64,000 bases of DNA. Source: Camelus dromedarius. Its lineage: Eukaryota. This document shows positions 1 to 12,860 of this stretch, one piece after another. Numbering within the stretch: position 1 is the first letter of the stretch; each line of letters opens with the position of its first letter. The translations under genes were made by a program, and so were the position numbers. The notes under the pieces are model-generated. The model was not told the DNA's origin. It saw only the letters and a program-made list of their open reading frames with translations, and searched no databases. The stretch is from contig NC_087436.1 in NCBI RefSeq assembly GCF_036321535.1, forward strand, positions 21,330,001 through 21,394,000, read 5' to 3'.

Positions 1-364
1 TGCTTACTTTCATGACTGCAAGGTTGACTCTGAGCTGAGGCTGCTGTTGGCCCAGCATCATGAGAGAGGATCGCACCGCAAAGGATCAAATTCAAAATTC
101 AACGTACAGTTTCGGGGGGAGGGTCTGGCTCACTGGTAGAGCGTATGCCTAGCACGCATGAGGTTCTAGGTTCAATCCCCAGCATCTCCACTAAAGACAA
201 ATAAATAAATAAATAAACCTAATTACCTCCCCTCCAACAAAAAATAAAAAGATAAATTTGAAAAAAAAATTCAATGTACAGTTTCTACCGAATGCGTTAT
301 CACTTTCATACCATTGTAAGTTAAAAAATCCTAAGTCGAACCATCGTAAGTCGGGGACAATCTG
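1..364 (+). mobile_element. Tigger5/MER47-like DNA transposon end, interrupted by a SINE
   Basis: Ends taagtcgaaccatcgtaagtcggggacaatctg, matching the recalled MER47/Tigger5 terminus; sequence is colinear on both sides of the SINE. Confidence 0.75.
114..265 (+). mobile_element. tRNA-Ala-derived SINE (Vic-1-like) with 20-bp TSD
   Basis: A/B box head (tggctcactggtagagc...ggttcaatccc), A-rich tail, TSD aaaattcaa(c/t)gtacagtttc at 94-113 and 266-285. Confidence 0.9.
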
Positions 365-619
365 CTAAGAAATTATTAGTTTTGTGATGACATTTTTCCT
401 CATACCTATCAGTAGCAGAAATTTTATTTTTGAAGTTCTGTGGGCGGGTAGCTGTTGTCCTTCTTTTCAATCCTTTCACCCCTACCTGCAATATAACAGG
501 TGTAGTAGACTTACATGATTCTTTTAGATCACCCAGCATCTGAATTTCCCTTCCTATGTTTGCAAAAATCATTAACTCTAATTTTACAAAAGCAGGCAAT
601 TTCAGATGATTGCTTTCTT

Positions 620-1035
620 AGCCCCCTTGCAATAGAGTGCAGGCATATGATCAGGTATACTGGCTCCACCAAAAATATTCATCCCAGATTTTGAATCTCA
701 AGAAATTTCAAGAAACAAGTACTGTACAGAGACCTGGGTCTAGGGTTGGGGCAGCGAGAGCAGCATCCAGAAGCAGGAGTGGCGGTATCTGGTGGGTCAT
801 GTCAGTGATTTTGGGAGTGCAAGGTGTCAGGCCTATGGTCACAGCCCAGGAGGCAGTTAGGGGTATGTTCCCTGGACCAGTTGAGTGGCCTTGTTCCTGG
901 TTGATGAGCTTCTGAGCTAGGTTCTCAGCTTTCCTGGGGAAACTGTGAGCTAACTAGCAGCCTTCAGAAACTTTTTTTCTGATGACATTAGCCAGAGGTT
1001 TCTGTTGCTTACAGCTGAGAATCCTGACTGATATA
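620..1035 (+). mobile_element. Old MLT1-like (ERVL-MaLR) LTR fragment
   Basis: Ends ttagccagaggtttctgttgcttacagctgagaatcctgactgatata, a typical MLT1 3' terminus; left boundary uncertain. Confidence 0.5.
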
Positions 1036-4000
1036 CCAAGTCACATAACATTTTATTACTTTTGGTCAAAGGCCACTGTAAGATTTAAAGAGCAAACAAA
1101 CAGCGAGAGCCTACAGGTGAGTCAGGGAGTCAGAATGAGCTGCTGAACAAGATGTTACTGAGGATTTCTGAAATCATCTCCTAAAAGGAATGACAGGATG
1201 AATGATCCATGCTGTTTTAATAGTATCCAAAACATGATTTATTTTCTATCAGGCTGAGATGCAGAACACTGCTTGCCATCCCCTAAAAAGCATTCAGTTA
1301 CTTTCTCACATGCTCCAAGGTACCCTGTTGCTCAAGAATTCCAACTGGTCCCTCCAAAAAGCTTGAATTTTAATCTCCCTTCTTAATTATTCCCAAAGAA
1401 AGTGTGATGCCATTCCATTAAGCTGGCTCAGTCAGAAGCATCACCTTATATTAGCCTGATAGAAAAATCTTAAAAATATGTATCCTTGGGGAAAAGACCA
1501 GGTAGGAAACGAAAAAATGTAATTTTTGAAACTAGAAATACATACTCATACTTGAATCAGAATTGATATTTCTCCTACAATAATCTAACTTCATTCACCT
1601 TGGATAGTACATTTAATTTCCCCTAGTTGCTATAAATTGCATAGAAGTTCACATTAAACTTTCCTTTTGGCTTATTATCAACAACTTTTACCACTGTACT
1701 GTAAAAAGATGTATTTTCAGTAAGACCCAAATTACTGTAGAAATCACATGAAAAACAAAATTTTGGCACATGAAAAAAATTCTTACTATGAGAAAAATCA
1801 ACACAAGAAAACTTTTTTTAGCATGATGGCAAGGGTTTGGGAAAATGAAACTTACAGGAAAAAGAGTTTGTGTTGCCAGTTACTTTTTTTTTTTTTTTTT
1901 GCTATTTTTGCAATGTCCAAAAAGAATTCCTTGTCCTAAACCAATTTTATTTTCTGTTTTGTCTTCTAAAGTTCTATCTTCTCATTATAAACTCCAGTAA
2001 TCAAACACTGAGAAGATGGTAATTCCATGGATGTAGGTTTCAGTTCAAGAATAAAAAGTCAGAACAGAAGAACAGGAAAATGTATTTTTTATCTCAAACA
2101 ATAAAAGCAAATCTGAAACAGCAAAAATAATGTAAAAAAAAAAAATCAGGATCAGACAATGTGAAATGTTGGAAATTTTTCCCAGCTCTGAATTCTGATT
2201 TTTTTTAATTTACATGATATATATAGAATAATTCTCCCTCTCATTATTTCAGAGGACAGAGTGGTGAATCTACTTAAACAAAGGAAGCCTCTGTCTATAA
2301 GCCAGGATTCATATGAAGTTAGATCATTTGCACAAGGCCATACAGTTTTATGCCACATTCATAAAAGAACCATTTCCTCTTCTACTCTCTAAAATTATTA
2401 TTAAACCAGAGATGCTGAAAAATCAAGCAGGCTGCAACCTGCCTGACCTTCAGAAATAAGAACCTCTTTCAGGATATTTGGAACTAAGAGTAAGTCATGG
2501 GGGAAAAGCAGGTTGCTATTAAACTTAGATCTTCTAACTTAGGGTTCCCCAGTCTTTTGGCTCAAAGAGAAGCCCTAAGATCCGTACAGGTGAGAGTGAA
2601 AGACTGTAACTAGCAGGGCAGGGGGAGGTCATCACCATCACGCTAGGCTGACAAACACCCTCTGGCCCTGAGAACCTCTGCCAATCTCAGAAAGGCCCTG
2701 TAAGGAGAGGAGAGGCATTCCAGGGAAGACTTTCACATCCACCAGGAGATCCCAATTTCCAGATAGGAGCCTGGCGATGAATATGTGAAGGACACACTCA
2801 ATCCTGAATGGGACACACAGCCCTACAGGGGGTTTAGGGCACTCACACACGAGACAATACACACCTGTCATAAAGTTTAACAGACAAGGACAGAGGATGC
2901 TCTAGAAAACCCAATAACCCTGTAACTGGGGATGTGTTAAGCCCTGTATGTCAGCTTAACTTCTTAGTGCACGGGCGTCAGAAATGCTCATGGACATGTT
3001 CTCTCCTTGGATGCTGAGGCAGGACCAGAACAAGACATCTAAGTTGTGTTCCTCCTTCACTGTTTTCAAACTGGGCGTAGACAGGTGCAAATGGTTCCAC
3101 TGGATGGGTTTGTCTGTTTCTGCTTGTGTACAAAACTCATTAACGGACACAGCTACCACCTGCTTGTAGTGTCAGCTGTTTCTGGTATCAGACATGGCAG
3201 GCTGGGTGCCATCAGCATCAAGGAGGGGCCCTCAGGCCAGGCCACCAGGCGTTGCTATAGTTTCACATGGATTTCCTGTTCCTCAGAGAGAACGGAAAAG
3301 GACCCCCGAGGAGGGGGCCGACCCCCAGGGCACCTGACAGCTGGGCCCCTCTGCTACCTCACACCTCAAGTACTGGTTAACTTCTCAAGCCATATAAAAT
3401 GTTACCCCAGGTTTACTCAGCTCTGCAGTTTATCACAAACTGACCAAACAGGACGAGCCAGTCTGGATTATATAACATGTAAATGAGCCAGGGGAGGTAC
3501 AGGGGGAGCTGACTGTAGGACAAGCCGCAGCACTGGTTCCATGGGTTCTGCCCCACTACACCTGCAGCCTCTCCGGTCCCCGTTCTCCCCTGGCACTTTC
3601 TATCGCAAATATGGAGCATACCAAATGAAAGTGACCAGGTGCATCCCCACAAACACCAACTAGTAAATCACCAAAATGAATGAAAAGGGACACAAAAGTT
3701 TAGGTTTTACATCGTTTAGGCTTTCTTCATCTGGTACACCTAACCAAATAAGTCATATTCAGACCTAACAATATTAACACATTCTAAAGACATTATCAGT
3801 AACTAGCATCTTCTTCCCACACACGCGTGCTATCAGCTTAAATGTGCGCTCAGTGCCAGGACTCCAGTTTCACCAGTGTTGTTATGTGACTTGAATAAAC
3901 TGTTTTATAGTTTCATGCATGTACTTGTTTAAGAAACAGATCTTACGTCTACCACCCGCAGAGATGTTGAAGAGGTACTAAATGGTGAAACTGGTAACAT

Positions 4001-4558
4001 TCCATAAGTAATTCTCTAACAGGATAAACCGACACAACAGAATACAATATTTAACGTTTTATAATAAAAAAGGAAAATACTGAACTGATAATCAGTTTTT
4101 CATATTAACCCTACATTGCTTCATGAATTGCATGATTACTTACAATCAGCTATAATTTTTTTTTCTTTTAAACAGGCTGTTAGGAATCAATTGGAAAAAA
4201 TAAAAGCTATTAAGAATCAAAGTTGTATTTACATAATCACTTAAAGAGTAGATGATGACTGTAAATATAGCAGTCATACATGACACTGAAAAAAATCACA
4301 AAGAAATCAGTGAGGTTTAAGAAAAGCTAGCTGAAATTTAGTAACTTCAGTCTAGAAATTCAAAAGCATACAAATATATTTATATATGCACACACATGAC
4401 TGGCATAAAAAATGTATATATATATATGCTCATTATAATAGTTGTTAAAAAATTAGGGCTTGGTTTAATATATCAGAATTCTTTCCTAGGTTGTCATCTG
4501 TTAAAGTTTTTTTTTTTAAATAACTATGATCAAACTTTCTTTCCTGGTCCCCTCCACC

Positions 4559-4641
4559 TTTTTAAATGGAGGTACGGGGGATTGAGCCCAGGACCTTGTG
4601 CATGCTAAGTATGTGCTCTACCACTGACCTATACCCACCCC
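4559..4641 (-). mobile_element. tRNA-Ala-derived SINE (Vic-1-like)
   Basis: Reverse complement ggggtgggtataggtcagtggtagagcacatacttagcatgcacaaggtcctgggctcaatcccccgtacctccatttaaaaa; homologous to the copies at 114 and 29764. Confidence 0.88.
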
Positions 4642-6898
4642 AACCCCATTCTTTTCTATTTTGGATACCCATTATTTGTGGTTTTGAAAAATCAAGTCTT
4701 AAGGACCATCTTTGAAAAGATAAATAAAAAAACAAATCAGGGAAAAAAGCCTTTTCGGACAATCCTACAAAATGTACATTTAACATATTGTTTCAAAATC
4801 TTTCACAGGAGTGAGCAGTGATATCATCAGGCTGTATCTCTCCATTCCTAAGAGTGAGCATGAGGCAGGGCAGCAAACTGGCTTATACTGTGGAAACTGC
4901 CACGCTGTGGCAGGCACACACAGCTTCAACAGAGTCTAGATTCAAATGCCACCTCGTTGGTCATCCCTATCCACCCTCCACTGCAATAGGGAAACTGGAA
5001 AAAAAAAATCAAAGTGAATGGTTATTGAAAAAGCTCCCTGGTGATTTTGATTCTCTTCTGACCTGCCCCCCAAACTGAGAACTAAAGAACAAAGAAACAT
5101 AGGCACTGCCCATCTCCTCACCCTTAAACCCGCTACCTCCAAATACCTGAGAACCCCTGGTCTCAACTGACTACTCCCCTGGCGAGTTTTAGAGCCTCAA
5201 GTTGTGGTTTCAGCAAGACGGGTGTCAATGCAAAGTCAAATGTGATAAGGGCCACAAAATGAGAACTTTCTAAGGCCATTTCTATACTCTACAGAGTTGA
5301 GCCAGGCTGCCACCTTTACGAGCTGAGCATCCACTGGGGAGGAGGTGACTCTACAGGCGCCCTAGTTCATCCTGTCTGTCCTGTTCCCATCATTCGTGCT
5401 CACATGATAAGCTTGCAGAAGAGTTTCTCCAGCGAGGCTCACAGAAAGAGCTTCAGGGCTAATTCTGCAAAGACAAAAACCAGGAGTAGGAACTCCAACT
5501 CATCCAAGGAAAAGGTCATTTTGTTCGGAGGGTAAGGGAAATATTCTAAATAGCATCTTGGAAAATGCTTCCCCTCCAAGAAGGAAAAGTAAACATTTTA
5601 CAGGCTAGAATCTCTATTCCCCTCCCAGAAATTCCCATGGCTCACTTGGCAGGTCTCCAGGCCGCCTAGCTCAGCTGGCAGATATTCAAATACAGTTATT
5701 CAAAATATGTTAATGAGGCTGACAGGGCGCTTCCATCACATAACCCCACCCTCCCTCCCTCCCTCTCTTTGTGTGAACTGAACTTGTGCAGGTTAAAACA
5801 GGCGTGCCAAACACTTGCTAAGTGAGATTACTGACTGTTGGCTAAATGACTGAGAATTTAAAATAAGCATTCAGGGAGAACGGCTTTGCTCAAAACCATG
5901 TTGCCTTTTAAAGGAATATTTTGATGCTCAAGTCACTCCAGCTCCCATATTCCTCTATAGCTGTAAAAATACAGGCATTCATGATTGACATTCTTCAAGT
6001 GCTATATGCAAAGTACCTTAAAGATTCCAAGTACTTTACAAGCATTCTTTTAAACCTAACTTTCAACTGACATGTTTCATTCTACAAATGAAGCAATGGG
6101 ATTAGTGGTCACGCACTGTGAAAATAATGATAACTGGAATCACAGACAGGTTTATTAAGTTATTAATTTATCAGTTAATAAACCTATTCAACAGTATCTC
6201 TTTAGCCCAAGAGCCAAATACTTCCTTCGAGCACAGAGATCACAAAGCCAACTAGCTCCTCATCTTGGGTTTGGATGTATTCTAAAAATCTCAAAGTTCC
6301 CCCACAAAATCAGACTGTCTCAAAATTTTCATTCCTTTCTCCTTGCCTCCCCAAAAAGCATTAACTTGCTTCTTCATCCACACAGGCATTCCACACATAG
6401 TCTGAATTTTAAAACACAGGCCATGCAGCTTCGTCAGTAGAACAGAAAGTGCTGGTTCCAAAACAAAAAACAAAAAAAACCTGAACATCGCCTGGTCCCT
6501 AAATTAGGCCCCAAATCACCAGACCTTATACAGGAAATCAGGATCCAGTACCTTCAGTTTCAAAATTAAAGGGAGGCTGGAAGGAAGGTATAAATGGGAT
6601 TACATACTTACTCGGGGTGACTCACTCTCATATGCTCAAGATTAAACTGAGCTCGGAATCTACAATCAGGAAAGAATTTTTCCTCGGAGGCAGAGAGGGG
6701 TGTGGGATTTCCAAATGTGCACTAAAGTAGGATCTTCAGTGTGAATCAGGTGAGCAAATCCCACATAATGAACTTTCTACTACAATGAAGGAGCAAACAT
6801 AGGTGAAGCGCACGCCTTCCCAAAAGGTGTTGATACGAAGCCTCTCCCTATGGTTCCAAAGCTAGAGATTAGGCGGAGAAGCAAAAGAGACCGGGGTG

Positions 6899-7013
6899 GC
6901 ACTGCAAGGCCAATATACTTAACATTATTGAACTGCGCACTTCAAAATGCCTAAGATGGTCGATTTTGTGTTATGTGTTTTGACAATTAGAAATAAATTT
7001 TTTTCACAAAGAG
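6899..7013 (+). mobile_element. Short, older L1 3' end with TSD
   Basis: tgaactgcgcacttcaaaatgcctaagatggtcgattttgtgttatgtg is an L1MA/MB-type terminus; TSD agagac(c/t)ggggtg at 6886-6898 and 7014-7026. Confidence 0.7.
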
Positions 7014-9777
7014 AGAGACTGGGGTGAATTTACCATGTTGCAACTGCTCTAAGGGGCAGCTAAAATGCTCTTAGAATGTCAAAGTGAGTTTTGGGGATGA
7101 TAACCCCCTGAAGAAGGAGGTGGATATGGCGGATTGGGAATGGCACCAGCATGGGGCTTCAGGACGCTAGTGTTCATGTCTACCCCTGTCTGTCGAAAGC
7201 AACTGGTCTTGAATTCAGGGTATGTCCTTAGCCCCGATTCCCTAGGTCTTCATTTTTCTCATTAAGAATAGGATGAGTAATAAGTTTCTCTCCTTTCACT
7301 ACTTTAAGAAAAATATCTTCCTTGAATCATTTTCTTCTTAAGCATTTCAATAAAAATCTCAAAGTTACAAAAAGTTATTCTGCTTTGGAAATGTACGGTT
7401 TAGAAATACAACAGGTTCCATGTGAAAAACAAATATGAATGTTTTCAAAGCTAGAATTTTAGTGGAAACATTAAAAAATACTTTGATATCCATGTTCCAA
7501 CATCCCTTAGCTAATAAGAACATGGATTTCTCAGCATACAACTATTTCTCCAAGTTGGGAATAAAAACCACACTTGTAAAAATATTTAGCATGCATAAAA
7601 GCTACCATAAAAGAGTATCTTTTAGTTCTTTAAGAATCACTGATATCAGTAGGCAGATATTAAGCATTAAAATATGGCTGAGTATTAAAAATTGAAACAG
7701 AAATAAACTACCAACATACTATGACTTTTAAGTTAATCTATGCACATTTTCTGTTCAAATACAAGTAAACATAAAATCATACAAGGCTAAATATGTATAT
7801 TGACTTTAGTGATGAATCTTATTTAATTATTAAAGAAATATTTCCCTTTAGTAATTTATACAAAGTGCAATAAATCTGCTTACCTAATATTTTATAACTT
7901 TTTTCCTATATGTTACACCAAAACCAGAAATTTTTAAGTTAATATACTCCCATTGAAAATTCATAAGGTATATGTTTTTTTTATGCTGCACTTGGATGAC
8001 TACTTACTGTTGTGGTTCTCCCCTAAGAGCACTTATAACTTGTTTTCGGCAAATGTAAATATTCGTTGGAAATATCTATCACTATGTTGTTAAACATATG
8101 GGTTAGAATAAATTACAGAAAAAGAATCTGAAAAAATAACCAGAACTATCAAGAGATTCATATGAAAAGAGGTCTACCAAGTATACGGTTCAAAAAATAC
8201 AGGAAAACAAGGAAATAGGGTCACCTCAAATGAAGACAGCAAGGGGTGAGCCCAGCCTTCAGTTCTTCATGGGGAGTAGAAGTTGCAGGAGTCCGTCCAG
8301 CCTTTCTCGGGAGAAGCTGGTTCTGGGTCTCCACCACCGCCCAGCAAGAGCCCTTCTATTCACTTCGGGAGCAAAGTGATCTCCTAACCAAACTTACTTG
8401 AACTCTCGGTGCAGCGAGAGGGTGTGGCAGACACTTTGTATAATAACAATAATGATACTCCACACTTACAAAGCAGATAGGAAGATTCTGTAAGATCTTG
8501 CGGGAAGATGGGCAGAGTATCTAAGAGGCTGACGTCTTCCTAAGTAAATGGAGGAGACGGGAGAGCATGAAAGATGGGGGGAAAGAAGGAAGGGAGGAAA
8601 GATCAGCCAGCTCCTCAATATGCCCCCACAGTGTGGAAAAGTCCTACAGTACAATCCTAGCACCGAAAAATGAACACTTTCACACTGAGATGGTTTGGGT
8701 AGAGTAAATGCAAAAAAGGAACACTTTGATGAAGAGATGGTTAGAGCAGGATGAGGATGGATTCAACAAAAGCCGATGACAGCCATCATTTTACAAGTAA
8801 TGCCCCAAATTCCTTTTCTTTGGGAGGAGGATATCAAGATCTTTCTGCAAGGTAGGAATAGCATCATAAAGTTCCCCTAAGGAAATAATGTATCAAAAAA
8901 TGATCACTTTCTAGCAACAGAGTTAAATTCAGTAGGTAGTTGGAAATAAATTCTTTATTCCTCTGCTAGGATTAAATAACCATTCCCACCTGGTTCACTT
9001 CTTGAGCAATTTTCTAAAATAGAGTCTGATCTGTCTCTCACTCTCTTTCTCTAAAATGGACTTTACAATCAAAGTTTGGGTTAAAAGAAATAGAATATAT
9101 ACATTAAACGTGGGGAGAGGGAGAGAAAGAAGACAGAGAGAAATTTGAAAAACAAGAACTTCTTTAATCAAGTAGAATTCTTTTCATGGTCTTTTACAAA
9201 TCAACCACATCTCAAGTAATGAAAAGTTAGGGCAAACCAGACATGTACTCAAAAGACAAAGGGAAAATATACTTGAAATTAGAACTATTCCAGGAAATCT
9301 GGACTGTATTTTAATAATACGCTTTCAGATCCAATAACCAGAATAACCAGAACTTCGGGTGAAGAACTAATCCTCCGTCAACTCTTCATCTTTAAGCTAT
9401 TCATTAAACTCTTGATTCAGGAACGCACATTCTTTTTTAAATCGATACCTACATAATACCTTCCTTGATTTAATAACACCTTCGTTCCGATGCTTAGGTT
9501 CTTTCTCATATTCTAACCTTTCTAAAAATTCCCTTTCACTTTTGTCAGCCTCTAAATATGCCCTCTTTAGGGGAGAATCTGATCTAAGTCACTGCAAGAA
9601 AACACTAAACACATATATACACTTTTTAAAGCATCACAGCATATTTCCCTTACCTCACAGAAAAAAAAGCTGAAGATACTTTCTGAGTTTTGGTTCTTAC
9701 CTTCCTACTCCACTCTTTATACATTTTTACTTCTACTGGATTTTCTTTCTTCTCCCATTTTTTCTCCATGCCCAACT

Positions 9778-9969
9778 CAGCATTTCTCAGGTATCATTTA
9801 AGGACCACCTACATCAGAATCAGCAGGGATTTGAGTTCGAAAATGCAGTTTTCTGGACCTCTACCTATATTTACTAAAAACTTCAGAAGGTGGGAGTAGG
9901 GCTTCAGAATTTTCATTTCAGAAGTTACCTGGGCAATTGGGATGTACACGGAAATTTGAGGACCACTGT
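9778..9969. mobile_element. MER5-family hAT-Charlie MITE
   Basis: ttctca...catcagaatca...aaaatgcag...tttgaggaccactg pattern, about 190 bp. Confidence 0.7.
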
Positions 9970-10030
9970 CCCAAACCCTTGATTCCTCCTTCACCAAAGG
10001 AACACAGGGACTCTACATATTATACATTAT

Positions 10031-10090
10031 ATTATATATCTATATATTGTATATTATATATCTATACATTGCATATTATATATCTATATA
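10031..10090. repeat. AT-rich 22-bp tandem repeat, about 2.7 copies
   Basis: attatatatctata(t/c)attg(t/c)at starting at 10031, 10053 and 10075. Confidence 0.8.
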
Positions 10091-10748
10091 AAAATAAGTA
10101 CCGTCAGAGCATCTGAGAAGGGAGAGCGGCGAAGCAGTTCTGTCCACCTTCCTTTTGAAATACACATGGAAGAGGCAGGAAAGTTTGGAGGGCAGAACCT
10201 GAACTGGCTGTGAAATGTCAGCACAAATGCAGACTCGTCAGCCCTGCTCTGTGGCTACTGCCAATTACAGTAGCCAGACCTGCGAGAGGACTGATTACAT
10301 GTAATTTATAAAAAGTAAACAAGCTGAGCAGCTTGTGAACAATGAATGGAGATACTCAAGCCAAGAGGTAATAAAAATCATGAATAAATGACTCAGCATC
10401 CCCCTCCCCACCCAGACAACAATTGCTTGTACTTGGGCTAGGATTAGCACAGGCCAAAAAACTGAGCATTTGGGGAAAGATTTAAATGATAATAGACCAT
10501 TGACCAGGAGAGATTTTGTGTCTCACAAAAACCTCTGTGACAGGGCTGCACAGTACAGAACTGGAGTTCAAAAGCTCAGTCATTTCAATGACTTTTTCTC
10601 AATCTTATTGAAGCCAGAAAAGGAAATGCCTGGGTCCAGGGCTGCAACCCAGTCCTGCACCTGAGTGATGGCTTTTAATGGAAACAGGGAAATAAACCAA
10701 ATAAATAATGCAGACGTAGGAACCAAGCTTTATGAGGGATTCCTCTAC

Positions 10749-10962
10749 GAGAGGGTTTCCTACCTCCAGCACGATTGATATTTGGGGGCTGGGTTATTCT
10801 TGGTTGCGGGGCTGCCCTCTGCGTTATGGAATGTTTAACAGCAGCCCTGCCTCTACCCACCAGCCACCAGTAGCACCCCCAGCTGTGACAACCAAAAACA
10901 TCTCCAGGCTCTGCCAAGTGTACCCGGCAGGGGCAAAATCACCTCCAACTCAAAACCATGCT
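10749..10962. mobile_element. MER20 hAT-Charlie MITE
   Basis: gatgtttaacagca-like and tgtgacaaccaaaaacatctccag...ggggcaaaatcacc motifs of MER20. Confidence 0.85.
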
Positions 10963-11293
10963 CTACCCAGACACCTTATGAAGAAATGTTCATATTAGTA
11001 AATGAGCTCAAGTAACATTTTTGACATCGGAAAGTCTCATGATTTCTGCTTTTAAACATGCATGTATATTAAATATACACCTCTGAAGTCCACCATCCTG
11101 TTTTTTAAAATATATTTTTCCATTACCAGGGACTGCAATACAAAATCTTAATATGGTTTTCAGGAGCTATTCAAGCCACTACAAAAGTGCCACATAAGGA
11201 AATTACTGTGTGGGCACCTCACTTTTCCTTGTCATGATCAATGTGTTGAAGTGTGCTGTCAACTTTACTGCCAGAGTATTTACATCCACTTAA

Positions 11294-11553
11294 CAGAGCC
11301 AAGGTATCCATCAGGTGCTAGAGCCCACGAGACTTTTAGGAGCCCATGAACCATGTCTTCCCTTTCTTAAAAAAATTAGTATTAAAAATGAATATAATAA
11401 GAATAATGAATATCTAATAACACATCCAGCTTGCTATACATTCATCTTAATACAGACCCAGTTGCAAAAATATAATTTTTCTTTTTTTGTAGAGGAAGGG
11501 AACCCATGAAGGCAAAAGTATCTGGGGCTCAGGAAAAATCACAACATGGCCCC
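11294..11553. mobile_element. MER96B-like hAT MITE
   Basis: gcccacgagacttttaggagcccatgaa...gaggaagggaacccatgaaggcaaaagt...catggccc matches the recalled MER96B layout. Confidence 0.7.
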
Positions 11554-11569
11554 AACATAGAAAGGGGAG

Positions 11570-12860
11570 ACAAGGAATTAAATAAACAAGGACAACCCGG
11601 TGTGACAGGCGCTGTGCAGCAGAGCATCAGAGGAGAACAGAACAGATGCTCTCGGCCCACTGGGTCTGGGCGTGTGAGTGATGATGGTGGTATGAGTTCA
11701 GGGGAGGCGGGGGTGGGGGCGGGGGACAGGAGGGTGGAGAAGAGGGAAGAATAAGTACTGTTAGCCTGGTTGTGGAGGCAGAGAGGGGACGGCCAGGGAT
11801 TCCTGGAGGAAAGAAGAGTCCACGCCAAGGCCAGCAGGAGCCATCACCAGGCCAATCTGGGACCTGGAAGTTCAGGACAGCTGGGGAGGAGCACGTGAGT
11901 GAGGAGGGTGCGTGTGCAGAGGCCACATCACAGAAAGCAGTGCAAGCTAAGAGAAGGGGTCAGGCATTCCTCAGAGCAAAGGAACGCAGCAGAACAGCCT
12001 CAGACTGGGGGCCAGGAGTACCAGGTCTGTGTTCCACAAAGGCCGTGCTGGCTGCCTTGATGAGGACGGTGATGAGGGGCCCAAGCACAGAGTCAGGGAG
12101 ATGGACAGGCCACTGCAGAATCTAGCAGGAGGGAAAGGCAGCTCAGGCCACACACAGGTCAGTAAGTCAAGAGATATTTGGAAGGCAAAACCACCAGGAT
12201 TTGCTCACTGGGTGTGGAGAATGAGAAGAGAACAAAGAAAACCATATGGTGTAAGCCACTGGGGAAGGGATGGTGGCGTGATTGACAGAGAGGGAACAGT
12301 AAGAGGGCGGGGCTGAGGGAGAGGATGGGAAAACCTGCAGTGGGCAGACCGGCTCCGCATTGCTGCGGGGGTCTAAGCAGTCAGATCCAGAGATGTGGTG
12401 TGAGAAATGGGCTGAAACGGCATCTTCAGATCATCTACATATAATTCAGGGGCAATTTAACTGGCCTTTAAGACCCACAGACAGACTTTAAAGATGAGAT
12501 AGAACACATGCAAGATGATAATAACGTTTGCGTGTCCGTTTGTCAGAATTCTGGGGGAATGGAGAACATGAAGTTTTTATCAGATTTTCAGAAAAGTTTA
12601 TGAACTCATGATGGATGGTGACCTACTAACAGTGAGAGGTGGGAGAAGGGACCATCCAGGGCTAGCAGCACCAGAATCCTTCGGAACTCCAACGCTTCCG
12701 GACACCAGAGCCTGGGATCAGGAAGGCCCAAGAGGGGACATGTTTGGAGAAGATGGATTGGTCATCTCCAACAGTGGGGGCAGCCTCATGTATACAACCC
12801 ACCCAGGAGTCTGGCTGGAAAAGGGAGGAATAGAGACAGTCTCAACCTAGCCTCATCTCT
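11570..12860 (-). mobile_element. Degenerate L2 LINE fragments
   Basis: Purine-rich antisense L2 motifs such as gagatatttggaaggcaaaaccaccaggatttgctcactgg; boundaries approximate. Confidence 0.55.

Noticed and set aside
4559..4641. Possible tRNA-Ala(AGC) gene
   Set aside because: Substitutions in the D arm, anticodon stem and T loop (gggctcaat), plus an extra 5' leader shared with two other copies, indicate a SINE.
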